A stretch of DNA of 64,000 nucleotides, taken from the NCBI GenBank assembly GCA_047967505.1, contig CM106538.1. One strand, 5' to 3'. Below are positions 21,826 through 36,090 of the stretch, piece after piece. A program made the position numbers and the translations under genes. The notes beneath the pieces were generated by a model. It was not told where the DNA came from, did no database searches, and was given only the letters and a program-made list of their open reading frames with translations. Positions within the stretch are counted from its first letter, which is position 1; every line of letters begins with the position of its first letter. This stretch comes from Dipteris shenzhenensis (Eukaryota).

Positions 21826-23906
21826 CACAGTGCCCAGTAGCGCACCCAAACAAAAAATAAATCAAAATCCTGTAGAGCTGGATGAAAACCAAATAACCAG
21901 AAGAACTTGCTAAAAGTAACAGTAGGAAATCTCGCTCGAAGTCCCTGTCGAATGAGAGCGAGGAAATCACAAGTGTGTGGACAGTGCCAAAAGATGTGAA
22001 GCACAGAGATTCACCAGGATGTAGACATTTGTGGCAAACAGTCGAAGCAATATTTCTATGCGCGAGTAATTGCCCAAATGGAAAAATGCCAAGTAGGACT
22101 CGCCAAAGGAAAAGCTGTTGCCGAAGAGGGACTTTATAATGCCAAAGGAGATGCAGCCGCTTTCTCCACCACTTTAGTAGGCAATCCATATGCCAAACAG
22201 AATTTGCTCTGTCAGAAATCCAAGGCGGAAGCAACAACACTTTATACATAGAAGGCACTGTGATATGTGAGAGCTTCAAAGGACGGGCTGAAGAGGAAGA
22301 AGAATGTAGAGTCCAATCCTCAAGCCTATCTTGACGTTCCAAACGAGGTACCGGCAAGAAAGGTTGAAGCATTTCGAAAATTTTATGCCATAAAGGACGA
22401 TAATGAGCTCCCAAACCATATTTGCTAGCAGCAGTAGAAAAAGATAAAAGAGTGCCATCATCCTGAAGTACATCCGCCATAGAAGAAATGCCTTTGAAAG
22501 ATATAAAATAAGAACGCCTGGGTTCTTGTATAGCCAAAGGAGGGTGGAATACTTTGGACCAATAAATACTCTCAGCCCTCAAGGAATTTCCCGACAAAGA
22601 ATCCCTGCCATGCCATTCTAAGTGGGATAAAATATGCTTCCAATCAAGAAGCAAACGAGAGACAAAAGGGTAGTCTCTGATCTTGCCTTGAATAGAGCCA
22701 AATAGAAAATCCCACTGTGTAGGCTGCCAATGTCCAAAAGTAGAAGTATCAATATGCAACAAAAGAGAGCGGATCATGAAAGCCCAAGGCTGATCCCCTT
22801 GCATAAACTGCAACATCATTTTAACCCTGTGAGCAAGTATATACATTTGAATATTGAGTATGTTCAGACCCCTGTGCATCTTTGGAGAGCATAGAATATG
22901 CACAGAGAGTAATCTGAGACTTTTCTTGCCATTTTTTGAACACCAGAAAATCTCCATGATAGCAGACATAAAGGAAACCAGATCTGCCTTAGTGAACATG
23001 ATGAGAGGCAGAGAGAATTCTATGTAAGCTATTAAAATGGATTGCGTTATTCGCAATCGAACATGTAATGGCCAAGTTGTAAGCTTCCAAGGCCACAAAA
23101 GACTTTGTCAGTCTTTAGCATGCAACGGCAGTAGCTTTGATTTCTGAAAATTGACATGAAGACCAGCAGCCAAACCATAGGTAGAAAGAGCCTGCATAAT
23201 CATGGAGAGATCGCTTTGAGTATTTTTTGGGGTAAAGAAAGAATCATCAGCATATGCTTGAGCGATCATGCTATGGCTGCCAGGAATTTCCAATCCGTGC
23301 AAAGGTGGTCCATATATTGAAGCATTGGATGAGTGGCTATGGCAAATAGTAAAGCACTGAGGGGACATCCTTGCCGAACAGAACAACCAAGAGTCCAGGT
23401 TGTAGAAATATCCCCTGAAAGTATGCAGGCAGCTTTAGTATCTTGATATAGCCAATTGATAACTTGCTGCATATTTATGCCAAATCCCAAGGCCTGCATA
23501 GTTAATGAAATAAAGTCCCACTTAACAGTATCAAAAGCTTTGGCAATATCAACTTGCAATAGCAAAACATCCTGCTGCTGCATATATTTGGCATATTCAA
23601 TTCCAACATAAGCATTAGCAATGTTATCTGTGATATGCGTACGAGGAACAAAACCATATTGCGCAGGATGCAACCCATCATGTAAATAGCCTTTTAGCCG
23701 ATTAACAATCATTTTGGTAGTAAATTTGTAAATGACTGGCATAAGCGTGATAGGTCTCCAATCAGTCAAAGGTTCACAAATTTGCTTTTTTGGAAGGAGT
23801 TTAACAAGACCTCTCTTCCATGTGTCTGGCATTTTTTGTTTTAACCCTCTTGGCATAAGCCAAGCCTTGTTGACCAAAGTGACCACGCTCTGGCCGAAGT
23901 TAGCTC

Positions 23907-25563
23907 TGTAATGCTCTTGGCCTAAGCCGAGTCTCCCTAACCGGAGTTAGGCTTATTTAACCGGAGTTAAGTATCTTTGACCGTAGTCAATACTTTGACC
24001 AATAAAAGATAACTTTTTTGAATATAATTAAATAAATGAAGAACTCTCTAATTATGATCAAATAAATGGAATTTGAACTTTGACTTGGAATATTTACAAC
24101 TTGGTCACATGTTGCCTTTTTTTTGTTGCTCCACGTGCATGTGTAAGGTCCTCATCGACATAAATAAGCTTGCCTTCAAGGTGGCCCTCTTTGTCAAGAC
24201 AACATGTCTTGTTCCTTGCATCATAGCTTCCATCCTCTTCATGTGCTCAGACATTTTTATTTTTATTTTTTCCGAAAAAACAGTGCTGATTATATTACTT
24301 CGAAAACAAGGTACATGAGGTCAGTTTTGCAGCTGACGGGGCTGCGTTCACAAATCGGACGCAGCCCTAAAAGGAAACAGAAAGCTCTCTCTCATGGAGG
24401 GATCAGGCGAGTGTGAATGAACAGCCAGAGAGGTGGTGAATAGCGCCACTGAAGGCCCTGAGAAGTATGCTCGAAGAAGAGGCCCTGCGTATCCCAATCA
24501 CGGAGGAAATGTCTCCGCTTCTCCCGGCCAGCCCGGGAATCTCCCTATATCTGGTCCCACTGGCCTCTGAGTGTGTGTATAATCTCACTCTAGATGTCGG
24601 TCATGACCTGGGCAGTCGAAAGAGAGGTGCCACCGAGGATCTGCGCGTAGCGCGAGGTCCAAATGTGCCATCCAGCGATGCTGCTAATAATCTCCCAGAC
24701 TGGCTGCCTCTCCTGAGATCCTGTGTCAGCCTCTGCCAGGTGCGGCGGAATGCCCTCTAGCGGCCCCTGCTCAGACATTTTTATGTATGTGTGTGTCTAT
24801 GATTATATTGTATTTGTCTTTAGTGTTGTTGCTCAATTGATGCTCCACCCATTCAGCTCATTGTATCTGGTTCTTTCAGTCCCATAGACCCTTTGGTCTT
24901 TCAAAGACTTTTAATAATCTTTCTTTCTTGTTCTTTCTTTCTTTCTACTTGACTATATCAGGGGTTTCTCCCTTGAGTCATCTTTCCCCGATCTCTAGGC
25001 ATTTCAACCTGTTTGCTCTACTTGAAGCTTCCCATGCATGAACTAATAGTAAGCTGGTGATATCATCCTTGATCCTCACCACTTTGAGGTTATGAGCCTT
25101 ATTTGATCTGTGGATCTCCTTTTGAAAGTTGTTTTAGATTGCCATGGAACTCCTTGTAGGACTACGTAGGTGCTGCCATAGGCTGTAGAAGTAGGTCATG
25201 TGGGTCGTTTGTTGCAGAGCCAAGAAAGACCAGGATATTGTGCAGGTAAATAGCCTATTATAGGCTAGAGAAGCTGACTAGTTGGCAGTGCCATTTGGCA
25301 GTCCTATACAGGGTCAGGTACAGGTGGACCCATTACACTCTAGATCAGGTCAGCCCAACCCTAAGCAGGTTGGGCTGATAGACTGGCCAGTTGGCCAGGG
25401 CCCAATAGAGGAGGGGTACTTCCCCTGTACAAGGCCTCATTATGGAGGCTATCATGAGTTCAGTTCAGAAGTATCACTGTGGAGCAACACTTGATACATA
25501 CATACAGCCAGTAGGAGAGCACATGTGTGCAGGGGGGGTGGCGTCTAAGAAACTCGCACTACA
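23907..25563 (+). repeat. Probable orphan LTR containing a LINE insertion
   Basis: Termini TGTAATGC...GCACTACA; followed after 2 nt by TGGTGATTAAAGC, which resembles a decayed iMet PBS. No second copy. Confidence 0.4.
24261..24767 (-). mobile_element. 5'-truncated L1-type LINE 3' end with 17-bp TSD
   Basis: TGCTCAGACATTTTTAT at 24244-24260 and 24768-24784; T-rich tail at the left end; translation contains WHIWTSR and the C-terminal QWRYSPPLWLF. Confidence 0.8.
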
Positions 25564-25592
25564 GATGGTGATTAAAGCTCACTGACGAGCAA

Positions 25593-28472
25593 GCCAAAAG
25601 ACTTTTACCTTGCAAGTAACGGAAGATGTGTTTTACAACCTGCCAATGCATAATCTTTGGGCTGTGCATATACCTGAGAAACTGAAAACTGAATATCAAC
25701 TCGTGTATTGCAGAGATAAATGAGGCATCCAACAGCCTGGCTATAGAGTGTGACATCAATTGATTCACCGGCATCATGCATTGTAAGCTTCAGCCCCGGC
25801 TCCATGGGAGTGGACATAGGCTTGCAATCATGCATGTTGAATCTGTCCAAGAGCTTTTGAACATACTTGGACTGAGACATAACAATGCCACATTTTTCTT
25901 GAATAAACTGGATCCCCAAAAAGAAATGTAACAAGCCCAAGTCTGACATATCAAATGTAGCTTTCAATTGGACTTTGAAATCTGCAATTACTTCCTCATT
26001 TGATCCGGTGAGCAGCATGTCATCTACATAAAGAATGATGACCAAAATATCCCCCCCATCCTTCTTGATGTAGAGGGTGCTCTCAGTTGGACTATTGTGC
26101 AGCCCCTTGCTGGTTAGAAAGGCATCAATTTTTGCATACCATGCACGTGGGGCTTGTTTCAGCCCATACAAAGCTTTATTCAGCTTGCATACTTGGTGTG
26201 TATTTCTTAAAATTTCAAAGCCCGGAGGTTGTTTGACATAAACCTCTTCCAACAAGTCTCCATTAAGGAAAGCTGTTTTAATGAACATTCCATTCAAAAT
26301 TTGCAGCCATTGCTATAACTGACTTGATGGTGGTCATTCTGGATGTAGGAGCAAAAGTCTTCTCATAATCTATGCCCTTTTTCTGAGCATATCCTTTTGC
26401 AACCAGCCTTGCCTTGTACCGATCAATGGACCCATCTGGCTTTCTTTTGACTTTGAAAACCTAACGTGTACCTATGGCATTCTTACCTGGTGGCAAATCC
26501 ACGACATCCCAAGTCTGATTTTTATGAATGGACTGCAATTCATCGTGCATGGCATTCATCCAATGCACATTATCCTTTGCTTCTTCAAATGTCTCAGGCT
26601 CCTCCTCATCAAGAAGAGTACCTGCATAAGTTGATTCAATTGAAAGAGCCCCTCCCCCCCCCGTGTGCCTTACTGCACTACGAGTTTTGCCAGGCAATGG
26701 AGCCTCAAGCTTACTCTCCCTGAGAGTCTGAAGCAACCAATGCGGGACTGTTTTGGCTGCGTGTATCTCTTGAATTTCTTGCCTGACAACTTCATCCACA
26801 CCCTGAGGTTGTACTAATTCAGCTGGGGCTGAATCTATACATGTGGATTTGGGGGAGGTTGCTGTAAATCGGGGGAACTAAATGCTATAGGAAGCATCCC
26901 CTCAAACACATCATGTGAAGAGGCTGGAATCTGAAATTCAGCATGTGTATGTGCAGAATTTTCAGAGAATATAACATCTCTACTAACAAAAATCTTGCGT
27001 GTAGCAGGATTGTAGAGACGATAGCCTTTGCTTTGTGAACTATATACCACAAAAATGCATGCTGCATTTATACCTCTACCCCTGCCTCCAGCTGTAGGAG
27101 TGATAGGTGTAGTAGCTGTATCTGGTCTTGCTTCATCCCCATTGACATAATCCCAAAGATGTCTGCCAACCAAGATATTGCGAACCATGAAACTCCACAA
27201 GGAGTAGTTAGTGCCATCCAACTTATCCTCCTGTGTGAGAACCCCGAACACCTCATTGGAGTTGACTTGAGCCATTTGTACCAGAAAATAAAAAAAAATA
27301 CAGCAGACTGACCAAGTGAAATTCCTTCCTGGGATATAAAATGAACAAGTAAAATCTGCAAAGAAAAAGCTGCCCACAGTGACAAATACTGTCACAGCCT
27401 GTCAAAGGCTCAGAATGCACTTCAATTGCCCTGAGAGCATAATGTCTGCAATGTCACTCAAAATGAGTCCAAAATTGCCTGCAAACTCCCAAATTGGTTT
27501 TTCACTGCAAAATTGCAACCCACTTGCAAAAACCCCAATTTCTTGAGAAAAATTGCATCCAAAAGAGGACAAATTAACTGAAAGCCCTGATTATGCAAGA
27601 AATCGTAGTGCAAAACAGAAGCCCCAAATTTTGGGGAGAAATTGAGCTAAAATTGGGGCAAATTCTCAAAAAACCCCAAACTTTATAAAAAAAGGCCCAA
27701 ATTTCTCCAAATGTGGTCACAATTGCCCACAGAACTCCTTGAATACACAGCCAAACAATGGTTCAATGCAAAAAAATGTCTACAAGCGTCGATTGTTCAA
27801 GCATCGTGTCGAGCCAAGTACGGCCACACGTGCGGTGCAGTTGTACGGTCGAATCTGCAGGTACGGAATGCGAGTGGGAACTTAAGGTTGCACGGATGTA
27901 CGGACTGAGCGCACGGATGTACGGACTGTGTTGTACGGAAGCTGCTGCAATGTTGTATGGCGAAATTGTCGATTCGTACATTGTATGGACTTCAAAGTGT
28001 ACAGACAAATGTTGCACCGGGTACTTGTACGGAATGGCAGCACAGGCTGGTACGAGGCAATACGAACGAAGTGACGCGTGCAGTACAGAAGTTCGTACGT
28101 TGTACGGTGCACGTACAATTGGTTGTATGGACGACAAGTTGCTAGACGACGAGTAGGAAGAGCTTGCGGGCAAGGAGCAGGGAGCTGGGTAGGAAGCTAG
28201 GAGTAGGGCTGGAAGTAGTGGCTCTGATACCAAATGTGAGAGAGAGGAGAGTGAGAGAGCAAGAGAGCTGAACGTAACGTTGCAATAGATGAAGTAAAGT
28301 AGTACAAGAAGTGGGAAAGGTTTTGTCTAAGTGACAAAACCTTATCCTTCACTAACCGTAGTTAGTGAACTAACTGTGGTTAGGGGGAAAAACCTCAAAT
28401 GAGGGAAAAGTGCCCCTAACCTATTTATAACATTACATTGGTCACTGCTAGAATATAATAATAATTCTAATA
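25593..28472 (-). mobile_element. Ty1/copia element: 5' LTR, PBS, internally deleted gag/integrase, RT; 3'-truncated
   Basis: LTR 28235-28472, PBS 28221-28232, gag start KLDGTNYSLW, RT motifs LYGLKQAPRAW and YVDD. Same family as 30100-34095. Confidence 0.92.
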
Positions 28473-30099
28473 GAAACTAGCTTGGGGGTGAGTTTTCTTC
28501 TAACAAGATCGTCCTGCGTGATCCACAAGTCTCCCACTGTGTCAGACATAGGAAAGGAACATCTAGTGAGTACTAGTATGGCGATAAATGGTCAATGGAC
28601 ATATCTTGTGATTGGAACCATTTGGAGACTCACATAGAGGATAAGAGGGCCCTCCATGAGGGTCTCTTAATCCATCCAAACTGTCTAAGGTGGTCAAGAT
28701 ATGTAATGATATGAAGTGATGCATCTGTATGAAGGGGTCTCCTTGTCTATAAAACATCAAAAAGGCATATAAGACAAGAATTTGAAGTACATTATCCCAT
28801 GTAGGAAAACTAGAGATCTCTAGCGCACATCCAAAATATGTAGCTGAAAAATGATACTAAAAATATACCTCGGCATTGGAGTATATCCATGAGATGGGCT
28901 AGGGTCCTTGGAGCCCACTCGTGTCTTTGAAACATGTATGAGATCTGCATGTCACCCTCTGGGTTACTCCATGCGTGTCACTCGTGGACATCGTGACATA
29001 GTTTGTCATGAGGTAGTCCGGAGTCATGAGGCAAGTAGATGTGGCCTGAGCTATAAAGGACCATGTCGAAAAAGCCGTAGTCAAGCAATCAATGGTATCC
29101 ATTTTGCATAGTATCCAGGGGATCTCATCAGTACATGCTCATTTGTTTCCACCGTATGCATGCCATAGAGATTGCACAGCCTCAAGTCTTGGTAGTGTCA
29201 TGTGGCTGCAATTCTCATCTTGCCTTGATCTGATGAGGTCTAGAGCTGTCCATGGCTATCTATATTGCATGTGAGAGTGCATTGGTAGGAACATTGATGA
29301 AAGAAAAGTGGTAGGGAACTTAGTGAAGAGCCTATGCAACTGAAGACAGGACGGGTGTGAAGCAACTCTCTTTCATTCCATGGAAACGTTTACCAGTTCA
29401 GCATGCATGGTCATGCCTCAGATGGCCAGGAGTAACGTTCATGAAAGCAAAAGGAGAAAAAAAAACAACAACCAGCAATCACCATAATTCAATTAGTTCT
29501 ATAGATAAGGTCGGGATTACCTATGGGATTAGACTAGCAATATGGGCTCCAATAGAAATAGAGCAAATGCACAACGCCAGACCATGTACCAGGACCACTA
29601 TGACTTGAGATGATACCCTCAACAGGCCACAAACAAGCACAAAGACACCAGGAAGTCTCTCAACCGAGATGGCACAAGTGAGACGATGAACAAGACACAG
29701 TCAGACGGGACAATGCACATCTGTGGTACCACAAGCAATAGGAATGAGCCACAACTCCTGTAGATCATCCAAGATCCTCTAGACTTCAGTCGAACAGGTC
29801 TTCACCCTTCCTTGTCCACACGCATGGGCAGCTTCCCTATCAGCGTTGTCTTCTCGTACGCAGCAACCTCTCCTCAATGTATGAGCAGTCTCCTGCGCAA
29901 TCCTTTGGCATCTGCTCCTCAAATTCTGATTCACCTCAAGAACAAGTGATCAGCAGCTCTTCAAATTCCAACGATAGAATTCCAGCGAAGGGGGGGCAAG
30001 CTTTGTACGTGTGCCTCAAGCAAGCAAAGCTCTCTCTCACAATCAGCGCAGAAGGCAGCGTAGACCACCAGCGATGTGCAATCAGCGCACATCTCCTCT

Positions 30100-33000
30100 T
30101 CTCAAAAACCCAGGGGGTGCAAATCCTCTCACTTTTCATGAGTTGATAGGACTTCTGCTTCAGGAACAGCAGACCAGGGAAAACTTGGCTTCACGTGCAG
30201 GTGAACAAGCTATGCTCTCAAAGTTTAAATAAAAAACAAAGGGGCAGGCAAAGACATCAGTAAATCAGCCTTCCAGTGGGTCAGGACAGGCTTCACAAAA
30301 GGCTAAAAATGATGCAAGTAAGCCCAAGAAGAAGGGTTTTTGTCACTACTGCAAAAAGCCAGGTCATCACATTGTAGAATGCAGGAAAAGGCTTGCAAAA
30401 GAGAAGAAAAACAGCTCCGGTATGGCTGTTTCAGATTCAGCTCCTCATGCATCTGACAGTGGGGATGCTGCAGCCAACTTTGTTGGACAGCATTATGCCT
30501 TTTTATCTTGCATTTCAGATTCTAGGCTGGCTGCTCCAGATGCTCGGGATAGTACAGCCACTTGTAATGATGATACATATGCATTTTTGACTCGCAGTTA
30601 TGACTCTTCTACGGATGCATCTGCTCTCAGTGTCAATGAAACATTGAACACTTGGTATTTTGACATCGGTGCATCCAAGCACATCACTTCTAGGAAGTGT
30701 CTTTTTACTTCCTTGCATCCACCTCCTATTGGTAAGAAAGTCACTTGTGCCAATAACTCATCATATTCAGTACGTGGCACAGGAAATGTTGAGCTTACTG
30801 CCATTGATGGCTCAATTTTCAAACTTTTAGATGTTTTATATGTGCCTGGTATAACCAAAAATCTTCTTTCAGTGTCCACTCTTAACAGAGATGGATTTCA
30901 GGTCATCTTTGAGGATGACAAATGTGCTGTCCGAGACAGGGAAGATGATTATGCCTTAAGATTATCTGGTACTCTGCTGCGTGGGCTTTTTCAGCTTGAT
31001 CTTTTTGAGAAAAGAGCAGCCCATGCTCTTGCAGTTTCTACCCCTACTGCTGCCATGTAGAATGCAGAATTATGGCATGCCCGATATGGCCACATGCATA
31101 CCAACAGCTTGATGACACTTTAGAAGCATTCCATGGTTGATGCATTGCCACCTCTTGAGATACCTCCTCCACATGCCTGTGAAGGGTGCATTTTAGGCAA
31201 GATGCATAGATTCCCCTTCAAAAAGGATGGTTCAGTTAAAGCTGTCCGCAAATTACAGCTTATACACAGTGATGTCTGTGGTCCCATGAGGACTCCATCA
31301 TTGGGTGGTCATCTCTACTTCGTTATCTTTATTGATGATTACTCCAATTTCACTTGGGTCTTTGGGCTGAAGCGCAAATCAGAAGTGTTCACTCAAGATA
31401 CAGACATTGCGCACAGATAGAGGTGGAGAATACTTGTCTACAGATTTTGATGCTTTTCTGAAAGGCAAGGGTATTGTGCATCAGCTCACAGTGAGGCTGA
31501 CCCCTCAGCAAAATGGCAAAGCTGAGAGGAAAAATAGAACTCTCATGGAGATGGACAGATGTATGCTGAAAAGCAAACACATGCCTCACAAATTCTGGCT
31601 TGAGGGTCTAATGTGTGCCAATTACATTTTGAATCGGGCTCCCACTAAGGCTTTAAAAACAAAAACTCCCTATGAAGTCTGGAATGGGAGAAAGCCTTCA
31701 GTGGATCATTTCCGAGTCTTTGGATGCCTTGCTTATGCTCATGTGCCAGTTGAATTTAGGCACAAGTTGTCAGATAAAGCCATTACGTGCATATTTGTTG
31801 GGTACAGTGCAGAAAGCAAGGGGTACCGTCTCTACAATCCTACTACACGCAATATCATTGTCAGTAGAGATGTGATATTTGCTGAAAATTCAGCTCACAC
31901 TCAGGCTGAATTTCAAATGCCTTCTTCTTTAGAGGATGTCTTTGAGGGGTTGCTACCCATTGCCTTGGGTTCCCCTGCTGATATTTCTGATGCAAATCAG
32001 AATTTACAGCCACCTCCCGATGCTTTAATTCCGCCACAGGATGTCTTGCCACCTCCACGGGCAGTGGAACAGGTGGTGCAGCAAGAAATTGCAGACATAC
32101 ATGCAGCAAAAACAGTCGTAAACTGGCTGTTACAGACTCTCAGGGAGAGTAAAATTGATGCTCCGTCACCTGGCAGGACTCGCAGTGCAGCAAGGCACAT
32201 GGAAGGTGCTAATTCAGTGGAATCAGCATATGCAGGTACTCTTCTTGATGAGGAGGAGCCTGCCACATTCGAAGAGGCAAAGGACAATGTGCATTGGATG
32301 AATGCCATGCACGATGAGTTGCAGTCCATTGAAAAAAATCAGACTTGGGATGTTGTAGACTTGCCACCAGGTAAACATGCCATTGGCACACGATGGGTTT
32401 TCAAGGTCAAACGGAAGCCAGATGGCTCCATCGACAGATACAAGGCAAGGCTGGTTGCTAAAGGCTATGCTCAGAAAAAGGGCATAAATTATGAGGAGAC
32501 ATTCGCTCCTACATCTCGGATGACCACCATCCGATCAGTTATTGCAATGGCTGCACATTTTGAATGGAATGTTCATCAGTTGGACATAAAAACAGCCTTC
32601 TTAAATGGAGACTTGCTGGAAGAGGTGTATGTCAAACAACCTCCACGCTTTGAAATTACAGCAAATGCACTTCAAGTATGCAAGCTAAACAAAGCTTTAT
32701 ATGGGCTGAAACAGGCCCCTCGTGCATGGTATGCCAAGATTCATGCCTTTTTGACCAGCAAGGGGCTGCACAATAGTCCTACTGAGAGCACCCTCTACAT
32801 CAAGATGGATGGGGGGGAAATTTTAGTCATCCTTCTTTATGTCGATGACTTACTGCTCACAGGGTCCAATGAAGACAAAATTGCAGATTTCAAAGCTGAT
32901 TTGCAAACCAACTTTGACATGTCAGATTTGGGGCTGCTTCACTTTTATTTGGGGATCCAGTTCTCTCATGAGACACGTGGCACTGTTATGTCTCAGTCCA

Positions 33001-34095
33001 AGTATGTGCAGAAACTCTTGGACAGATTTAACATGCATGATTGTAAGCCCATAGCCACTCCCATGGAGCCGGGGCTGAAACTCACAATGCATGATGCAGG
33101 AGAATTAGTTGATGCCACACTTTACAGTCAAGCTGTTGGATGCCTCATATATCTCTGCAACACTAGACCTGATATTCAGTTTGCAGTATCTCAGGTGAGC
33201 AGGTACATGCACAGCCCAAAAACTATGCATTGGCAGGCAGTTAAGCGCATCTTCCGTTATTTGCAGGGCACGAAGTCTTTTGGCTTGCTATTTCCCAAGG
33301 GGGGTGACTTGCAGATGCATGCCTACAGTGATTCAGATTGGGCTGGTGATTATGACATTAGGCAGTCCACTAGTGGCAATTTGTTTCTTTTTGGGTAAAT
33401 CTTGCATTTCCTGGCTGAGCAAGAAACAATCTACAGTGGCTACCTCATCATGTGAAGCTGAGTATAGGGTAGCTTTCACAGCAATAGTTGAATGTGTCTG
33501 GCTGCGACGTCTATTTGCTGATCTTCATCTGTCTTTGGAGGGTCCTTCTCCAATTCTCACTGATAGTCAGAGTGCCATTGCAGTGGCAAAGAATCCAGTG
33601 TTTCATGCTCGCACGAAGCACATTGAGGTTCACTATCACTACGTCAAAGAGAAGTTGCATGCAGGAGAGATCAGTATGATCTTTGTGTCCACACATGACA
33701 ACGTTGCAGATATTTTCACCAAAGCACTACCACGTGAAAAGTTTGAGGCATTTCGCAGTGCCCTGAACTTATATTCGTTTGGTGATTGATCAGCCTTGTA
33801 CATGACATTGGCACTACAGGGGGGTGTTAGAATTATAGATATAATTCAGCAGTGACCAATGTAATTTAATAAGCTAGTTAGGGGCACTTTTCCCTCTTTA
33901 AGAGGTTTTTCCCCCTAACCGCAGTTAGTTCACTAACTATGGTTAGTGACTACTAAGGTTTTGTCACTAGGACAAAACCTTCTCTCTCACTCTTTGAGTT
34001 GTACTCTTTACACTCTTCTATTGCAACTAAGCTCTCAAGCTTTCAGCTCTCAAGCTCTCACTCTCTTGCTCTCTCTCTCTCCGCAATCTCTCACA
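30100..34095 (+). mobile_element. Ty1/copia element, 5'-truncated (gag end, PR, INT, RT, RH, PPT, 3' LTR 33825-34095)
   Basis: CHYCKKPGHHIVEC, WYFDIGASKHIT, LWHARYGH, IHSDVCGP, RTDRGGEY, YKARLVAKGY, YVDD, YSDSDWAG; stops and frameshifts present. Confidence 0.95.
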
Positions 34096-36090
34096 GCAGT
34101 TTGCTACTTCCCCCCGGAGACCTCCCACTTTGCCAGAGATATTCGAGGTGATGATGAGACATCCCCATTTGCTGCCCTTTATTAGTCCATCGTTGACTTT
34201 TCTAGCCGCGGAGAAGTCCCTCTAGTGGGGGACTTCTACGCGAGGACAAGGGCCCATCACATACCACTTCTTGATTTCAGAGATGATTCCACTCTACTGG
34301 CAGATGTTGACCTTGAGGAGGCAGGTATGCTACGGGTTTCGGTTGACAGGCGAGGTCCATTCTCATCTTATGGGCAGGCCCTGTTAGACCTAGGCAGGAT
34401 ACATGAGCTCATTATCTATAATGGTCTTGACAGATGGCCCGCTTCAGGTGGTTTCACATGCTTTCCACATGGGGGGGGCTCCAGTGTTGTTGATTACATC
34501 ATGGGATCCCCTGTCTTCACATCTTGCATTACTGACTTCACTGTAGCACCTCTCTCCCCAGGGGCTGATCATACATACCTTTTCTGTCGCATCTCCACCT
34601 CCCTTCGCACAGCACCTTCCACCCCACTTAGTGCTTACTGCACCTACCATGATATACGCTTTGATCGGGATCACTCACCTTCTTACTCTGGCCGTGTGTA
34701 CATACTTCTCGCTTATATTGACTTCATACCCCTTTTAGAGGATCGTGCTGCCCTTGTTACCCGCTCACTACACGAGGCTGCCATTCACGCTTTTCCCCAC
34801 ACCATCCGCTCCACCCGCCCATCACCCCCTAGAACCGTACCCTGTAATAGTTGGTACAATGATGAGTGTAAGGCCTTACGCCGTCAACTCAGATTTGAAA
34901 CCAAAAACAGTGTTTCGAGCGCACTAGATACGCTATGTGAATATCGTAGACTGGTACGGAGGAAGAAACTAGACTTCGTTCGTCGAAACGAGGAGGAGCT
35001 ACTGAACATTTTGTTTAGTAACAACTCTAAGGACTTCTGGCGGAGATTTTTAGAAGGACGGTCCCCTCCGCCACTCACTGACACCCAGAACGCACACTTT
35101 ATGACATCCCAAATCAGCCAGTCCCTAGCCTTTCACACATGCCTCGTCCCACATCGTGCACCCTCTTCACTAGAGGAGGGGTAAAGGATGCCGTAATTAA
35201 ACTTCATAATGGCCGAGCGAAGGATCATGAGGGACTATGCACTGATCATGAGGGACTATGCACTGAGTTCATTGCATATGGGATTAACCTCCTAGCCCCG
35301 ATCTTAGCAAAGCTTTTTAATGAGGCGGTTTGTTTGGGATTTCCACACACTTGGACCATTAACACTATCTCACCCATCCACAAGGCAGGGGATCCCATGA
35401 GCCCGGAGAACTACATGACCATTATGATTGGACAAGTCATGTCTAAGATTTATGCATCAGTACTTGACTCCGAGGTTAGCAGACTTGCAGAGTGTTGAGA
35501 ACTTAGAGCAGCAGGACAGGCCGAATTTCGGCGTGATCATGAAACCATGGACCACATTCTCACGCTCAGATGTATCATCGAGGAGGCGAGGTCACGGAAG
35601 CAGAGGGTTTATCGTTGCTTTGTGGATTTTTGCAAGGCATTTGGCATGGTCCCGAGAGCCTGCCTCATACGGCGCCTACAAGATTTGGGTTATGACCAGG
35701 AGATCATTTGGGTTGTCATGGCACTTTAAGAGAGTTTTTGGCAGAGTTCGGGCAGGATCCGGGTGCACATACGAGATCATGAGTACCTTGGGGGTCAAAT
35801 AAGGGTGTCCTTTGTCGCCTACCTTGTTTGGCCTCTACATTGACGAGCTTGAGACAGTGATGCAGACACAGGGGGGTGTAGGTTGCTCTCTTACGGGCAC
35901 GCTGATCCAGATTTTTCTCTATGTAGATGACGTGGCTCTCTTGTCTTCCTCAGCAGAGGGACTTCAGAGACACCTAGACGCACTATAGTCGTTTTGTGAG
36001 TCTCATGATTTGAAGGTCAACCTGGGTAAAACCAAGGTCATGATCTTCAATATATCTCGAGCCATTATGCGTCAGGAGCAGTTCACATTT
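34096..36090 (+). mobile_element. Non-LTR retrotransposon fragment (AP endonuclease plus RT; RTE-like or related clade), degraded
   Basis: EN motifs VCYFPP, GDFYAR, SVVDY, ADH; RT motifs PIHKAGD..PENY, DHILTLR, FVDFCKAF, GVK*GCPLSPTLF, YVDD. Confidence 0.88.

Larger units (their letters stand above)
18631..23890 (-). mobile_element. L1-clade LINE, 5'-truncated ORF2 (RT plus C-terminal zinc finger), interrupted by the copia insertion 18876-21825
   Basis: RT motifs WRPITL, QYGFVP, DIAKAFDTV, VRQGCPLS, YADD; CHKC...HIFWHC. The reading continues across the insertion (YWALW|TLWM..NHRVF). Poly(A) at 18631-18640. Confidence 0.9.
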
